Source of the DNA: Pseudomonadota bacterium
GTDB taxonomy: Bacteria > Bdellovibrionota_C > UBA2361 > OMIW01
Assembly (NCBI GenBank): GCA_900299205.1
Contig: OMIW01000062.1
Span: 8,770-72,769 of the forward strand
DNA: 64,000 nt
Direction of reading: 5' to 3'
Each line of letters opens with the position of its first letter. Positions within the stretch are counted from its first letter, which is position 1. The notes beneath the pieces are model-generated. The model was not told the DNA's origin. It saw only the letters and a list, made by a program, of their open reading frames with translations, and did no database searches. The position numbers and the translations under genes are program-made. Of this stretch, positions 31,755-44,100 are shown piece after piece.

Positions 31755-32426
31755 TTATAGTTGAAGCGCCTCAATTCCCCCCTGTTCCCTTTGAGAGAAT
31801 CGCTCTCCCTTGAAAACCCACGTCTTGACACCAATTATACCGTAGGTAGTTTTAGCTTCGGCCGTGCCGTATTCTATATCAGCCCGTAGCGTATGCAATG
31901 GTATCCGGCCCTCTTTTTGACTCTCGGACCTAGCAATGTCGGCCCCGTTGAGACGCCCACCAACTACTACTTTGACCCCCTCAGCCCCGCTCCTCATCGC
32001 CTTCCCAACGGCATCCTTCATAGCCCTGCGGAAGTTTACTCGTCTCTCAAGGCTGAAAGCTATCCCTTCTGCAAGCAGTTGGGCATCCATTTCCGACTTT
32101 CGACTCTCGACGATGTTCAGTGCTACCTTCTCTTTCGATCTTTTTACTAATTCGCAGAGCTCCTTCTTCAGATGCTCTATATCTTTTCCCTTTTTGCCAA
32201 TAACCAACCCCGGCTTGGCCGCGAATATATTCACCTTCACCCTTTCCCCGGCGCGCTCTACTTCGACCCGGCTGATACCCGCAGAGACTAGTTTGGATTT
32301 TACGAACGCCCGGACCCTTAGGTCCTCACCAATGTGGCGAGCGGCATCCCTGGTGGAAAACCACTTCGACTCCCACCCATATAAAATACCGGTTCGAAGC
32401 CCGCGTGGATGTGTTTTCTGACCCAT
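31755..32426 (-). CDS. rpsC: 30S ribosomal protein S3
   Basis: 223 aa. 'MGQKTHPRGLRTGILYGWESKWFS' plus the KH domain. Confidence 0.95.
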   Translation of the reverse strand: MGQKTHPRGLRTGILYGWESKWFSTRDAARHIGEDLRVRAFVKSKLVSAGISRVEVERAGERVKVNIFAAKPGLVIGKKGKDIEHLKKELCELVKRSKEKVALNIVESRKSEMDAQLLAEGIAFSLERRVNFRRAMKDAVGKAMRSGAEGVKVVVGGRLNGADIARSESQKEGRIPLHTLRADIEYGTAEAKTTYGIIGVKTWVFKGERFSQREQGGIEALQL

Positions 32427-32474
32427 AGTTTTTAATCCCGATATATACCCTTCGAATGCCAGCTAGCTTAATCG

Positions 32475-32849
32475 CTATCGATTTCGAGCGCTAAGCACAA
32501 CTGTAATGTGTGATGACCTCATCCTTATCGGAGAGGCACTACCACGTGCTCTTGGCATGCTCCTTTTCAGCGTTACGCCGGAATCTACATAAGCCTCGGA
32601 CACGTACAGTGAATCCACGTCAACTCGACCTGAACGCGTATCCACGGCGTTCGCTACCGCCGACTGGATTAGCTTCTCGGCTAGCCTAGCGGTCTTTTGC
32701 TTTTGGAACCGAAGCGCGTTTAGTGCGTGTGCCACCGAGGCGCCACGAACCATATCTATGATAAGACGAGCTTTCTGTGGCGACACTCGCGCTCCACGAA
32801 GTCGACTCACGGACACCGCACTTTCCATTTTACTTTTTTCCCGACCCAT
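32475..32849 (-). CDS. rplV: 50S ribosomal protein L22
   Basis: 124 aa. 'RVSPQKARLIIDMVRGASVAHALNALRF'. Confidence 0.93.
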   Translation of the reverse strand: MGREKSKMESAVSVSRLRGARVSPQKARLIIDMVRGASVAHALNALRFQKQKTARLAEKLIQSAVANAVDTRSGRVDVDSLYVSEAYVDSGVTLKRSMPRARGSASPIRMRSSHITVVLSARNR

Positions 32850-32864
32850 TGCCTGTTCCTTAAT

Positions 32865-33155
32865 TTACTTCTTACCTGATTTTGAAGAATGGCCATGGTA
32901 AGCGCGGGTTGGAGAGAACTCCCCAAGCTTGTGCCCCACCATGTTTTCGGTAACAAATACTGCTTGGAAAGTCTTTCCATTGTGAACCGCAAACGTCAGT
33001 CCAATCATCTCCGGGATGATAGTCGACCGTCGAGACCAGGTCTTTATTGGACCCTTGTGCGCACCCGATTTTGCCCGCCCAATCCACTTGGCAAGACAGT
33101 TATCTAAAAATGGACCTTTCTTGACTGACCTTGGCATGGCTTCCCCCAAATCCAA
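32865..33155 (-). CDS. rpsS: 30S ribosomal protein S19
   Basis: 96 aa. '[22 protein letters not shown]...[27 protein letters not shown]'. Confidence 0.95.
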   Translation of the reverse strand: MDLGEAMPRSVKKGPFLDNCLAKWIGRAKSGAHKGPIKTWSRRSTIIPEMIGLTFAVHNGKTFQAVFVTENMVGHKLGEFSPTRAYHGHSSKSGKK

Positions 33156-33161
33156 TTAAAT

Positions 33162-33992
33162 CTACTTCTTCGCACCTCTTCGGCGAATGATGAACGCCGC
33201 TGTTCTCTTGTTCTTCCTCGTCTTAAAACCTTTAGCGGGAACGGCTGTCCGAGAAACAGGATGCCGACCACCAGAAGTCTTCCCTTCTCCCCCACCCATC
33301 GGGTGATCAACGGGGTTACGGGCGACACCCCTATTCTTCGGCCGAATACCGAGCCAACGGCTTCTCCCTGCCTTGCCAAACTCCTGATTGGAATGATCGG
33401 CGTTCCCCACACCACCGACCGTCGCATAACACTCAGATAAAATTTTTCTCATCTCACCAGAAGGTAGCTTGACCAACGCATACTTCCCCTCTTTAGCAAC
33501 CAATTGCGCCGCATTGCCGGCGGAACGAACTAGTTGCCCCCCTCGACCAGGCTTCAACTCAAGATTATGGATCGGCTGCCCTGTGGGAATGCTCCGCAAA
33601 GGAAGTGCGTTACCCACTCTTACCTCGACCGACTCTCCCGCCATTACTGTGCTCCCCACCGACAATCCCTGGGGTGCGAGTATGTAGGTCTTAGCTCCAT
33701 CAGCATACGACAGGAGAGCAAGATGAGAAGAGCGATTTGGATCATACTCGAGAGCAACAACCCTTGCAGGAACGTCACGCTTTGAGCGCCGAAAGTCCAC
33801 CACCCGGTACCGTCTTTTATGCCCTCCGCCTGTATTAACATTTGTGACTCTTCCCTGCGAGTTACGCCCGCCGGACGAGGAACGTTTGCCAAGCAATCCC
33901 TTCTCTGGAGCCTTGTCGGAAAGCTGACTAAGGTCAACCCTAACGGCGTGTCTCCTTCCTGCCGTCATTGGACGAAAACGTCGCAGCGCCAT
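33162..33992 (-). CDS. rplB: 50S ribosomal protein L2
   Basis: 276 aa. '[26 protein letters not shown]'. Confidence 0.95.
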   Translation of the reverse strand: MALRRFRPMTAGRRHAVRVDLSQLSDKAPEKGLLGKRSSSGGRNSQGRVTNVNTGGGHKRRYRVVDFRRSKRDVPARVVALEYDPNRSSHLALLSYADGAKTYILAPQGLSVGSTVMAGESVEVRVGNALPLRSIPTGQPIHNLELKPGRGGQLVRSAGNAAQLVAKEGKYALVKLPSGEMRKILSECYATVGGVGNADHSNQEFGKAGRSRWLGIRPKNRGVARNPVDHPMGGGEGKTSGGRHPVSRTAVPAKGFKTRKNKRTAAFIIRRRGAKK

Positions 33993-33994
33993 AC

Positions 33995-34306
33995 TTAAAC
34001 TCCTTCAAGGACATTAACTTCACTACCCTCAGCGAGCGTGATATAAGCCTTTTTATATCCCGCCCTCTTCCCAACTGAACGCCCGACTCTTTTCGGCTTG
34101 CCCTTGTACCGTACGGTTCGAAGACCTACCACCTTAACCTTAAAGACTCTCTCGACGGCAAGCCTAATTTCACTTTTATTCGCCCGTGGATCTACGGTTA
34201 GCACCAACAGCCCTGTGGACATAGCCTTCTCGGTTAAGACTGGCGCCTTTAAAATCGCATAATGATGCGGGTCAGCCTGCTTCCCCTCTTGAATTCTACT
34301 ATTCAT
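33995..34306 (-). CDS. rplW: 50S ribosomal protein L23
   Basis: 103 aa. '[18 protein letters not shown]...[26 protein letters not shown]'. Confidence 0.92.
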   Translation of the reverse strand: MNSRIQEGKQADPHHYAILKAPVLTEKAMSTGLLVLTVDPRANKSEIRLAVERVFKVKVVGLRTVRYKGKPKRVGRSVGKRAGYKKAYITLAEGSEVNVLEGV

Positions 34307-35000
34307 TACCAGCCTCCTCTATTCGCGCGCCCATTCTTTGCTCCACGACACCTTCGATGGACTTGAGGGTCGCCTCCGACATAACGATATAGCGGCTACG
34401 AACGAGATCGTACACATTGACCCCCTCTGAGCCTATTACCGTAACACCCTCAATATTCCTAAATGACAACGCCACCTTGGCTTCTTGCGAGCCCAAAACT
34501 ATCAGGACAGACCCCTTGGTTGCCCCTAACGATTTAAGCAGTGATGCCCCTTCTTTAGTTTTTCCAGTGCAGCAACCTAGGTTGTCTAACACGACGAGAC
34601 GTTTACCATCAACAACGTCCGTCAATGCAGAGGTTAGGGCGGTAAGACGAACTTTTTTGTTTAAACTGGTCTCATAGGAACGTGGACGGGGCCCGTGAAC
34701 AACTGCGCCACCAACCCAAAGTGGAGAAATCGATGAACCGGCCCTCGCTCGACCTGTACCCTTCTGGCGATAAGGCTTCTTGCCCCCCCCCTTCATCGCA
34801 CTCCTTTCGAGCGCACTATGTGTCCCAGCGCGCCGCTTGGCTAATTGCCAAACGACCGTAGCGTGCACGGCGACCTGTGATTTCGGACTTCCAAAGACCC
34901 GTGGGGAAAGACCGATCGACCGAGAGACCGAACCTCCAGAATTCACCAGGTCATATGTAATTGCATCCATAATTGTTCTCGACCCTAATCTTTTCACCAC
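34299..35000 (-). CDS. rplD: 50S ribosomal protein L4
   Basis: 233 aa. 'GGGKKPYRQKGTGRARAGSSISPLWVGGAVVHGPRPRSY'. Confidence 0.93.
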   Translation of the reverse strand: MVKRLGSRTIMDAITYDLVNSGGSVSRSIGLSPRVFGSPKSQVAVHATVVWQLAKRRAGTHSALERSAMKGGGKKPYRQKGTGRARAGSSISPLWVGGAVVHGPRPRSYETSLNKKVRLTALTSALTDVVDGKRLVVLDNLGCCTGKTKEGASLLKSLGATKGSVLIVLGSQEAKVALSFRNIEGVTVIGSEGVNVYDLVRSRYIVMSEATLKSIEGVVEQRMGARIEEAGNE

Positions 35001-35009
35001 CGGCCCAGG

Positions 35010-35669
35010 CTAGTTCTTCCTGGCCTTTCTTATAACGACAAGACCCCCTTTCGAGCCCGGAATACCGCCCTTTACAATGAGAAGGTTTTCCTCTGCCCTT
35101 ACCCCCACGACCTGTAGGTTCTGTAAAGTGACCGCCTCGCCCCCCATCCGCCCTGGCATTTTTTTGTTCTTAAAAATCCGACCAGGAAACTTACGGCAAC
35201 CCACCGACCCAATATGCCGACGATATTCGTGAGTCCCTCTCGTCGCCGGCTGCCCTTTCGTATGGAAGCGCCGTACTACCCCCTGAAAGCCCTTGCCGAC
35301 CGAAGTCCCAGAAACATCAACCAGATCCCCATCCTTAAAAACGTCTCCGACCTTGATTTCGGTTCCGACCGAGTCCCACCCAAAATTCGACGGCGAACAC
35401 CGTATTTCTCTAACGTGTTCGAAGGCTCCTACCCCAGCCTTATCAAATAGGCCTCTCTCTGGCTTTGCCACCCGGGAAGCCTTCCTAGGCTCGAATCCGA
35501 GTTGAACACCGTCGTATCCTTGTTTGGCTTTTTCAAGGACTTGCAGAACATAGCACGGCCCCGTCCTAATAACAGTGACTGGAACTGTTTCACCTTCACC
35601 AGTGAAGACCTGCGTCATTCCGACCTTCACCCCTAGGATGCCTTGTGGGTACACTCTTTCGGTCGTCAT
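35010..35669 (-). CDS. rplC: 50S ribosomal protein L3
   Basis: 219 aa. 'GILGVKVGMTQVF...VIRTGPCYVLQV...TSVGKGFQGVVRRFHTKGQPATRGTHEYRRHIGS'. Confidence 0.95.
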   Translation of the reverse strand: MTTERVYPQGILGVKVGMTQVFTGEGETVPVTVIRTGPCYVLQVLEKAKQGYDGVQLGFEPRKASRVAKPERGLFDKAGVGAFEHVREIRCSPSNFGWDSVGTEIKVGDVFKDGDLVDVSGTSVGKGFQGVVRRFHTKGQPATRGTHEYRRHIGSVGCRKFPGRIFKNKKMPGRMGGEAVTLQNLQVVGVRAEENLLIVKGGIPGSKGGLVVIRKARKN

Positions 35670-35747
35670 TTGACCCTCTCATGAGTTTCTTTAACTGACA
35701 TTAATGAGAAACCCTCTTCGGGAACTCAACTATAATTTTACAGCTAC

Positions 35748-36065
35748 CTACTGGAGCTTTATCTCCACATCGATACCTGTTGACAATTCAAGCTTTCCAA
35801 GTTCATCCAATGTCTGAAGAGTCGGCTCGAGAATGTCAATGAGGCGCTTATGGATCCTAAGCTCAAATTGCTCGCGGGACTTTTTATCCGCAAAGGTCGA
35901 CCGCTGGACGGTATACTTTACGGTCCTGGTCGGTAGAGGGATAGGACCCGCAACACGACCCCCCGTCCTACGAACGATCGTGACGATCTCTGCCACTGCC
36001 GTGTCCAGGAGGCCGTGATCAAACCCCTTCAAACGGACTCTCATCTGTTGATTGCCAACCATCAT
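35748..36065 (-). CDS. rpsJ: 30S ribosomal protein S10
   Basis: 105 aa. '[41 protein letters not shown]'. Confidence 0.95.
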   Translation of the reverse strand: MMVGNQQMRVRLKGFDHGLLDTAVAEIVTIVRRTGGRVAGPIPLPTRTVKYTVQRSTFADKKSREQFELRIHKRLIDILEPTLQTLDELGKLELSTGIDVEIKLQ

Positions 36066-36169
36066 GACTCTATACCTTGCCTAAATTGCCCGCACCCTTT
36101 TGGAAACATGGCCTTTAACCACGAATCCCTAAGGGGGCGGCCAAGTATTACCAATCCTATCTCTCGACC

Positions 36170-37366
36170 CTACTCGATGATTTCGGTAACAACCCCTGAG
36201 CCAACGGTTCTACCGCCCTCACGGATTGCGAACCGAACTCCGCGCTCCATCGCGATTGGCTGAGCCAACTCGACATCTATGTTGATGTGATCCCCGGGCA
36301 TAGCCATCTCTACCCCGTCCGGCAACTTGATGCTACCTGTCACATCTGTTGTACGAAAATAAAACTGGGGTCTGTACCCTGAGAAGAACGGTTTATGACG
36401 TCCACCTTCTTCTTTCTTTAATATATAAGCCTCTGCTTTGAACTTGGTGTGAGGTTTGATCGAACCCGTCTTAGCTAAGACCTGGCCCCTCTCTATATCG
36501 TCGCGCTTCAATCCGCGAAGTAGACACCCGACATTATCCCCAGCAAATCCCTCCTCCAGGGACTTGTTGAACATCTCCACACCCGTAACGGTGGTCTTCG
36601 TTGTAGCGCGTAGCCCTACAATCTCCACTTCTTCGCCGACCTTGATCTTACCGCGCTCGATACGACCTGTTGCGACAGTTCCTCTCCCAGCAATGGAGAA
36701 CACATCTTCTACCGACATCAGGAATGACTTATCCACTTCTCGCTCAGGAACAGGAATGTAGTCATCGATTGTCGATAGCAGCCTGTCAATGCAGCCTTTT
36801 CCGAGATCTCCCTCTTCGAGGTTAAGGGCCTTCAATGCGCTACCTCTAATAATAGGGGTGTCATCGCCCGGAAAATCATATTTATTCAGTAGATCACGTA
36901 CCTCCATTTCTACGAGCTCAAGCAACTCTTCGTCGTCGACAATGTCAACCTTATTGAGAAACACAACGATTTTCGGGACTCCCACCTGTCGCGCTAGAAG
37001 GATGTGCTCCCGTGTCTGAGGCATAGGACCATCGGCGGCACTCACAACTAAGATGGCCCCGTCCATTTGAGCAGCTCCAGTAATCATGTTCTTGACATAG
37101 TCAGCGTGACCAGGACAATCAACATGAGCGTAGTGTCGACCAGCGGTCTCGTACTCGACGTGAGCACTCGCGATAGTTACAGTCTTGGTCGCATCACGCA
37201 CCGTTCCACCTTTCGCGATATCCGCATAGCTCTTCTCCTTAGCGAGAGCCTTCGAAGCTTGAACTTTAACAAGGGCGGCCGTGAGAGTCGTTTTGCCGTG
37301 ATCGACATGGCCTATAGTTCCTACGTTCACATGATCTTTTGTTCTTTCAAACTTTGCTTTTGACAT
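36170..37366 (-). CDS. tuf: elongation factor Tu
   Basis: 398 aa. '[32 protein letters not shown]'. Confidence 0.97.
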   Translation of the reverse strand: MSKAKFERTKDHVNVGTIGHVDHGKTTLTAALVKVQASKALAKEKSYADIAKGGTVRDATKTVTIASAHVEYETAGRHYAHVDCPGHADYVKNMITGAAQMDGAILVVSAADGPMPQTREHILLARQVGVPKIVVFLNKVDIVDDEELLELVEMEVRDLLNKYDFPGDDTPIIRGSALKALNLEEGDLGKGCIDRLLSTIDDYIPVPEREVDKSFLMSVEDVFSIAGRGTVATGRIERGKIKVGEEVEIVGLRATTKTTVTGVEMFNKSLEEGFAGDNVGCLLRGLKRDDIERGQVLAKTGSIKPHTKFKAEAYILKKEEGGRHKPFFSGYRPQFYFRTTDVTGSIKLPDGVEMAMPGDHINIDVELAQPIAMERGVRFAIREGGRTVGSGVVTEIIE

Positions 37367-37460
37367 AGATATCTCCGTTCACCTGGCTAATATATAAACA
37401 TGACAGCGGACGACACCGCTTTCTAACTACTGCTTGAACAGTCTCACATCCCTCACACAC

Positions 37461-39567
37461 TTACTTTTTTATAATTCCTTCAGCAACATGATTCGGAACT
37501 GGCGCATAGTGATGGTATTCCATCGTAAAAGTGGCCCTACCTTGAGAACTTGACCGAAGATCGGTAGAGTAGCCAAACATTTCGGCCAACGGAACCTCTG
37601 CCTTGATAGCCTGCGCTCCTGAACGTGGCTCCATACCCAGAATCCGTGAGCGGCGCCGGTTTATATCCCCAACGATATTACTTACAAAGTCATCCGGACA
37701 CACGACCTCTACTGACATAATTGGTTCAAGAAGCTGTGGCCCTGCCTTTCGACAAGCCTCCTTCACACACATCGAACCAGCTATCTTGAAAGCAATTTCG
37801 CTGGAGTCAACTTCATGGAAGCTACCAAAATAGAGGACGACTTTGGTATCAATCACCGGGAAACCAGCCAATATCCCACCGCCGAGCGCTTCCTTAACAC
37901 CCTTTTCAACAGCGGGAATGAATTCCTTCGGAATCACCCCTCCCTTTATCTCATCATGGAATTCGTTCCCCTTTCCAGCTTCAAGAGGACTAACCCTAAG
38001 GAATACATGGCCGAACTGCCCCTTACCGCCAGACTGTTTTGCATACTTAACTTCGTGCTCAACTTCTCGCGTTATTGTCTCCCGGTATGCTACTTGTGGC
38101 TTCCCTGCCTTAGTCTCAACCCCATACTCCCGGAATAGTCGCTGTTGAATGATATCAAGGTGTAATTCTCCCATCCCAGCGATAATCGTTTGGCCGGATT
38201 CCTCGTCCGTAAAAACCTTGAGCGACGGATCTTCTTTTGAGAGTTTCATCAAAGACAGACCCATTTTCTCCTCATCGGCCTTTGTTTTTGGCTCGATAGC
38301 TATGCTAATCACCGGGTCCGGCGCATGTATTGATTCAAGGAGTATTGGCGAACCTTCATCCGATAAAGTATCCCCTGTATAGGTTTCCTTAAGACCAACG
38401 GCTGCTCCAATATCTCCAGCCGAGAGTTCCTTAACCTCTTCTCTCTTGTCTGCATGCATTTTAACGATTCGACCGATACGCTCCCGCTTACCTGCGCGTA
38501 TTCAAAACAGAAGTCCCTGCCGCAATGGTACCTGAGTAAACGCGAAAGAACGTAAGACCTCCAACATATGGATCGCTTACTATCTTGAAAGCAAGCGCAG
38601 AAAAGGGCTCTGCTGCGTCTGCCTCTCTTACTAGCTTTTCTACAAGCTCGGCTGGCTTATTCGCATCATCCGGAGATATACCCTGAACGGCAGGAATATC
38701 AAGCGGAGATGGGAGGTAATCAATAACAGCATCAAGGAGCGGTTGTACGCCTTTATTCTTGAAAGCACTCCCACACAGAATTGGGAATATCTCCATGGCT
38801 AGAGTTCCCGTACGTAGGGCGGACATAATTTCAGACGCTGAAACCTCTCCCCCAGCCAGGTATTTTTCCATAATGGAATCATCCAGGTCGGCAACGGCCT
38901 CTACAAGCCGTTCTCGAGCCTTCATTGCCTGGTCCTTCAAATCAGAGGGAACATCTCGAATCTCAAACCGTGCCCCCTTAGTCTCTTCGAGATAAACGAC
39001 TGCCTTCATGGTGAGCAGATCGATTACTCCTAGAAATTCAGATTCTGCTCCAATTGGAATCTGTATTGGGACGGCATTAGCGCCTAAGCGCTCTTTTATC
39101 GCCTGGACGCACTTCTCAAAGTTGGCGCCCATCCGATCCATTTTATTCACAAAGCAAAAACGCGGGACCCGGAACTTGTTCGCTTGACGCCACACAGTCT
39201 CCGACTGGGGTTCGACGCCACTCACTCCATCAAATACAGCCACGGCGCCATCTAGAACGCGCAAACTTCTCTCGACTTCGATTGTGAAATCTACATGACC
39301 AGGGGTGTCGATAATATTTATGCGATGGGTTGGCTTATCCCCAAGCGACCCCGACCACTCGCAAGTAGTGGCAGCGGAGGTAATAGTAATCCCTCTCTCC
39401 TGCTCGAGCTCCATGTAATCCATGGTCGCTCCCCCTTCATGAACTTCCCCTATCTTGTAGTTCTTGCCAGTATAATAGAGAATGCGCTCTGTCGTAGTTG
39501 TTTTACCAGCATCAATATGAGCCATGATGCCTATATTTCGAGTTTTTGATAAATCAATTTTGGCCAC
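37461..39567 (-). CDS. fusA: elongation factor G, reading frame interrupted by an apparent +1 frameshift near 38488-38504
   Basis: The N-terminal 359 aa (38488..39567) carry the G domain '[19 protein letters not shown]' and end '...GTSVLNTRR*'. The C-terminal ORF (37461..38459) starts '[12 protein letters not shown]...'. The overlapping frame upstream of it reads '[18 protein letters not shown]', which continues the EF-G sequence exactly (compare VLNSTKGKKERIGRILQMHAN). Confidence 0.85.
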
Positions 39568-39694
39568 AGCTCATATCCTGAGAAAAACTATAAAAGCTAC
39601 GTATGCGACCCTTGGTGGGATTCACAGAGCTTGAATTCGAGCGTTGAAGTTTTAAATACCTGCCTATACAACTACACTTCGATGATCACACGGA

Positions 39695-40168
39695 CTACCA
39701 CCTGAAGTGGGCGAAAGCTTTGTTCGCCTCTGCCATTCTATGGGTGTCTTCTCGCTTCTTCACCGCAGCTCCGCGGTTATTACTTGCATCGATAAGTTCG
39801 TTTGCTAACCTATCTGCTAGGGTCCGTTCGCTCCTCGCATTTGCTGCTGTAATTAACCACCGAAGGGCCAAGGACTGAGCTCGCGCATTCCGAACATCCG
39901 TTGGCACTTGGTACGTTGCTCCCCCGACTCTGCGCGACCTGACTTCTACAACTGGGCGAATATTTCCAAGCGCACCAGTAAATACCTGAACGGGATCAGA
40001 ACCCGGCAGCTTGTTAGCTATCCGATCCAAGGCCCCGTACAGCGCACGTTCTGCAACCCCTTTCTTACCGCTCTGCATTATTGCATTTACCGCTTTCGTA
40101 ATGACGACATTACCAAATTTTGGGTCGGGTAGAACTTCGCGCGAGAAATCTCTCTTTTTCCTTGACAT
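39695..40168 (-). CDS. rpsG: 30S ribosomal protein S7
   Basis: '[31 protein letters not shown]...'. Start taken as Met13 of the track ORF. Confidence 0.93.
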   Translation of the reverse strand: MSRKKRDFSREVLPDPKFGNVVITKAVNAIMQSGKKGVAERALYGALDRIANKLPGSDPVQVFTGALGNIRPVVEVRSRRVGGATYQVPTDVRNARAQSLALRWLITAANARSERTLADRLANELIDASNNRGAAVKKREDTHRMAEANKAFAHFRW

Positions 40169-40230
40169 ATTTGCTCCTTGCCTGAGAACTCGTAATGAAA
40201 TCAAACCTAGCTAATTCCCGGACAACTAGG

Positions 40231-40602
40231 CTACTTGGGGCGCTTAGCTCCGTATTTCGACCGAGCCTGACGGCGGTTCTGCACTCCGTGGGCTTCAAGC
40301 TTTCCGCGGATAATGTGATAGCGCACCCCAGGGAGATCCTTCACTCGTCCACCACGAATAAGAACCACCGAGTGCTCTTGAAGATTGTGACCTACTCCGG
40401 GGATATAACTAGTTACCTCCATCCCCGTCGTCAATCGAACTCTTGCGACTTTTCGAAGAGCCGAGTTAGGCTTCTTGGGAGTTTGAGTATAAACTCTCGT
40501 ACAAACACCTCGCTTTTGAGGACATCCGACAAGCGCTGGAGATTTAGTCTTCCAGGCCTTAGCTACCCGACTCTTTCTAACGAGCTGATTTATTGTTGGC
40601 AT
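40231..40602 (-). CDS. rpsL: 30S ribosomal protein S12
   Basis: 123 aa. '[24 protein letters not shown]...[19 protein letters not shown]'. Confidence 0.97.
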   Translation of the reverse strand: MPTINQLVRKSRVAKAWKTKSPALVGCPQKRGVCTRVYTQTPKKPNSALRKVARVRLTTGMEVTSYIPGVGHNLQEHSVVLIRGGRVKDLPGVRYHIIRGKLEAHGVQNRRQARSKYGAKRPK

Positions 40603-40956
40603 ACGAAAAGTTCCTTCTCACGCTTTGTCGTCTGACTCGCTCCCGATCTCCCCTCAAGAGCTTGTCCCGCCCTTCTCGACGGGCCTCTTACCGCCTAGAC
40701 CAGACTCTGTTGACTGGCCCACCAGGTGATATGGCTTATATAAACAGGATGAGTCTTTTTGAGATGTCCCGTTTACGTTTGCTGAAATAATTCAGCTTTT
40801 GAGCCTGCCTACACTATGCGAAATGTTACCTACGGGCATAGGCATTGCATTCCATTACGCTAGACTGATTCTTCCGCCTTACTTGCTCATATGGCGGAAG
40901 CAACTTTGAAACCTTCAGTTTTCTAGCCATCTGGCACAGGCCGCTTGAGCAACGGG

Positions 40957-40985
40957 ATTCTGACTCGTGACCACTCCCGTGTCAA
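40957..40985 (-). promoter_or_regulatory. sigma70-like promoter candidate for the rpsL-rpsG-fusA-tuf unit (TTGACA-17nt-CAGAAT)
   Basis: Minus-strand TTGACA at 40985-40980, a 17-nt spacer, and CAGAAT at 40962-40957. This implies a ~350-nt S12 leader. Confidence 0.3.
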
Positions 40986-41074
40986 GGATTTGGTTCATTT
41001 TTTTCCAAATGCTCCTACTTTTTTACTTTCATAAAATCAATTTTCTTCTTGCCCCCCTATTCTGGCTCCCGCCA

Positions 41075-41105
41075 AAAATAAAAGGGGGCTGATGCCCCCT
41101 TTTAT
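41075..41105 (-). terminator. Rho-independent terminator downstream of rpoC (gggggc-tgat-gccccc hairpin flanked by A/T runs; bidirectional)
   Basis: Perfect 6-bp GC stem with a 4-nt loop at 41084-41099. It is followed by TTTTATTTTT on the minus strand and TTTTATTCTT on the plus strand. Confidence 0.7.
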
Positions 41106-41163
41106 TCTTAAAGCGCTGTCTCCGTCCGCTGGCACCCCTCGCCCCGACTCGTGCACTTTAGCC

Positions 41164-44100
41164 CTACAGTAACCCCGATAGGCTCTCAATGGTCGTCTGG
41201 GTTAGACGAGCGTCAACACGTGCGCGTGGCTCTTCGTTCACAACCTTACCCTCCACTTGAACATGTCTATTGGCATACTCGGACATACCCGATCCAGCGG
41301 GTATCAACCGGCCCATGATTACGTTCTCTTTCAATCCACGGAGAGGATCCACCTTCGCAGATACCGCTGCTTCCGTTAAAACTTTCGTCGTTTCTTGGAA
41401 GCTCGCCGCTGAAATGAACGAATCGGTTGATAAGGAAGCCTTTGTGATACCCAAAAGCAGTGGCTCGTAAGTTGCCGGCCGACCTCCCTTGGCTAGGATC
41501 TCCTGATTAGCCTCGATAACTCGAAAACGCTCTACACTATCCCCAGCCAGGAAATCGGTGTCCCCGAAATCTGCTATCTTTACCCGACGAAGCATCTGCC
41601 TGACAATTACTTCGATATGCTTGTCATTTATCCTTACCCCCTGCAGGCGATAGATTTCCTGGACTTCATCCACGAGATACCCTGCAAGCGCCTTGACTCC
41701 CTCGATACGAAGAATATCGTGCGGATTTACCGACCCATCCGTAAGCGCCTCACCTGCCTTAACCCTATCCCCTTTCTGCACACCAATATGTTTGGTCTTT
41801 GCAACTAAATATTCACGAGGCTCCCCTAGCTCGGGTGTCACGACAATACGACGCTTTCCCCGGGAGTCGTCACCAAAGTCAACTATTCCATCCACATCGG
41901 CCACCACGGCAGGATCCTTCGGTTTGCGAGCTTCAAAAAGCTCGACTACCCTAGGGAGGCCCCCGGTGATATCTTTCGTCTTTGTTGTCGCCCTTTCCCG
42001 CTTGGCAATCACATCACCAGCATCAATATCACTGTTATGCTCAACCGTAAGCCGCACACCCACTGGAAGATTGTATACCCGACTTTCCCCTTCGCCCCCG
42101 TGAATAACGAGCCGAGGTCGAAGATCGCTCGTTCGGTCTTTCGCCTGAACAACCTCTTTCTCAACAAACCCCGTTCGTTCATCGGCCCGCTCTTCAAGAG
42201 TGTGCTCATTTATATCGACCCATTCTACGCGGCCCGCAACTTCGCTAAGGATTGGAATTGTAAACGGATCCCATTCACTCAATAATTGCCCCGCTTGAAC
42301 AGTAGCCCCCTCTCGTACATGCAACCTGGCTCCATAGACAATTGGGTGACGCTCTCGCTCACGACCATCTTGATCGTCGACTATCACGAGCTCACCCTTT
42401 CGGGTCATAACTATCATCCCCCCATCTCGCCGGGTGGCAACCCTGACATCCTCGAGACGAACCATTCCCGCATATCGAGCCTCAAGCGAGGTCTGTTCTG
42501 CGCGCCCCGAAGCTGCACCCCCGATATGAAAGGTCCTCATAGTCAACTGAGTCCCTGGTTCTCCAATCGACTGAGCTGCTATAACACCGACGGCTTCCCC
42601 GATGTTAACAAGATGACCTCTGGCCAGGTCACGACCATAGCATAGAGCGCATACCCCGACTTTACTCTCACAAGTCAGCACCGAGCGAATCTGAACCCGA
42701 TCTAACCCGGAGCCAGAGATGCGTGCGCACCGCTCCTCGTCAACCTCCTGATTACGCTCGACGAGCACTTCACCGCTGATGGGATCCCTAATATCTTCTC
42801 CGGCGACTCTTCCTAAAATCCGAGTTGATAGCGGCTCGATCTCTTCACCCCCTTCGATAAGTGCTGAGATTTCAGTTGAGTCCGTCGTCCCGCAATCATA
42901 CTCGGTAACGATACAATCTTGAGCAACATCGACGAGTCGCCGTGTCAGATACCCTGAATTAGCCGTTTTGAGGGCTGTATCAGCTAACCCCTTACGTGCA
43001 CCGTGAGTGGATACAAAATATTGAAGAACACTGAGGCCCTCCCTGAGGTTCGCCTTGATCGGCTGCTCAATAATTGAACCGTCAGGCTTTGTAAACAGCC
43101 CCCGCATCCCAGCGACCTGTCGAATCTGCGTGGGCGAACCGCGAGCACCTGAGTCAGCCATGATATAAACCGAATTGAACGATGGTCCTTTCCGAGTCTG
43201 GCCCGTTTCTGAATCGGTGAAGGTTGCGAAAGAGATACGCTGCATCGCATCCTCTGCAACCCTATCTGTTACATCAGACCAGATATCGATTACTTTATTG
43301 TAGTGTTCGCCCGCTGTTATCAAACCCTCCTGATACTGACCATCAATTTCAGCGACCTTGCGATCTGCATCAGCTAGAATTTGTTGCTTGGTGTCCGGGA
43401 TCACCATGTCGTTGATTCCAATTGAAATACCCGCAAGTGTCGCGAAGCGGTATCCAATATCTTTTAACTTATCAGCAAGCAACACCGTGGCCTTGTTGCC
43501 CCGTACCCGAAAGCATTCGTCAATAAGATTGGAAATTTCTTTTTTCTTCATCACCTTATTGAAATGCTTAAAGGGGAGCGTATGAGGTGGGCAAAGATGA
43601 CAGAGCAAGACCCGCCCTACCGTTGTTTCTGCCAACGCTCCCTCAATTCGGCACTTAATACTGGCCTGAAGGTGGATTTCCCCAGATTCCCAGGCTATCC
43701 ACACCTCGTCCATATTCGCGAATACCCGACCCTCACCAAGACTAAAGGGTCGCTCTCGCGTCATATAATAAAGACCGAGCACGATATCCTGAGACGGCAC
43801 AATTACTGGCTTCCCGAATGCGGGGCTGAGTATGTTGTTCGTCGACATCATGAGGACCCGAGACTCGACTTGAGCCTCAATAGAAAGTGGTACATGAACC
43901 GCCATCTGGTCGCCGTCGAAGTCAGCGTTAAATGCACTACACACGAGCGGATGAAGTTGTATCGCCTTCCCTTCAATCAGAAGGGGTTCGAATGCCTGAA
44001 TACCAAGCCTATGCAACGTCGGCGCACGGTTTAGCAGAACCGGGTGTTCTTTGATAACGTCGTCGAGAATATCCCAGACAACTGACTTTTCACTCTCCAC

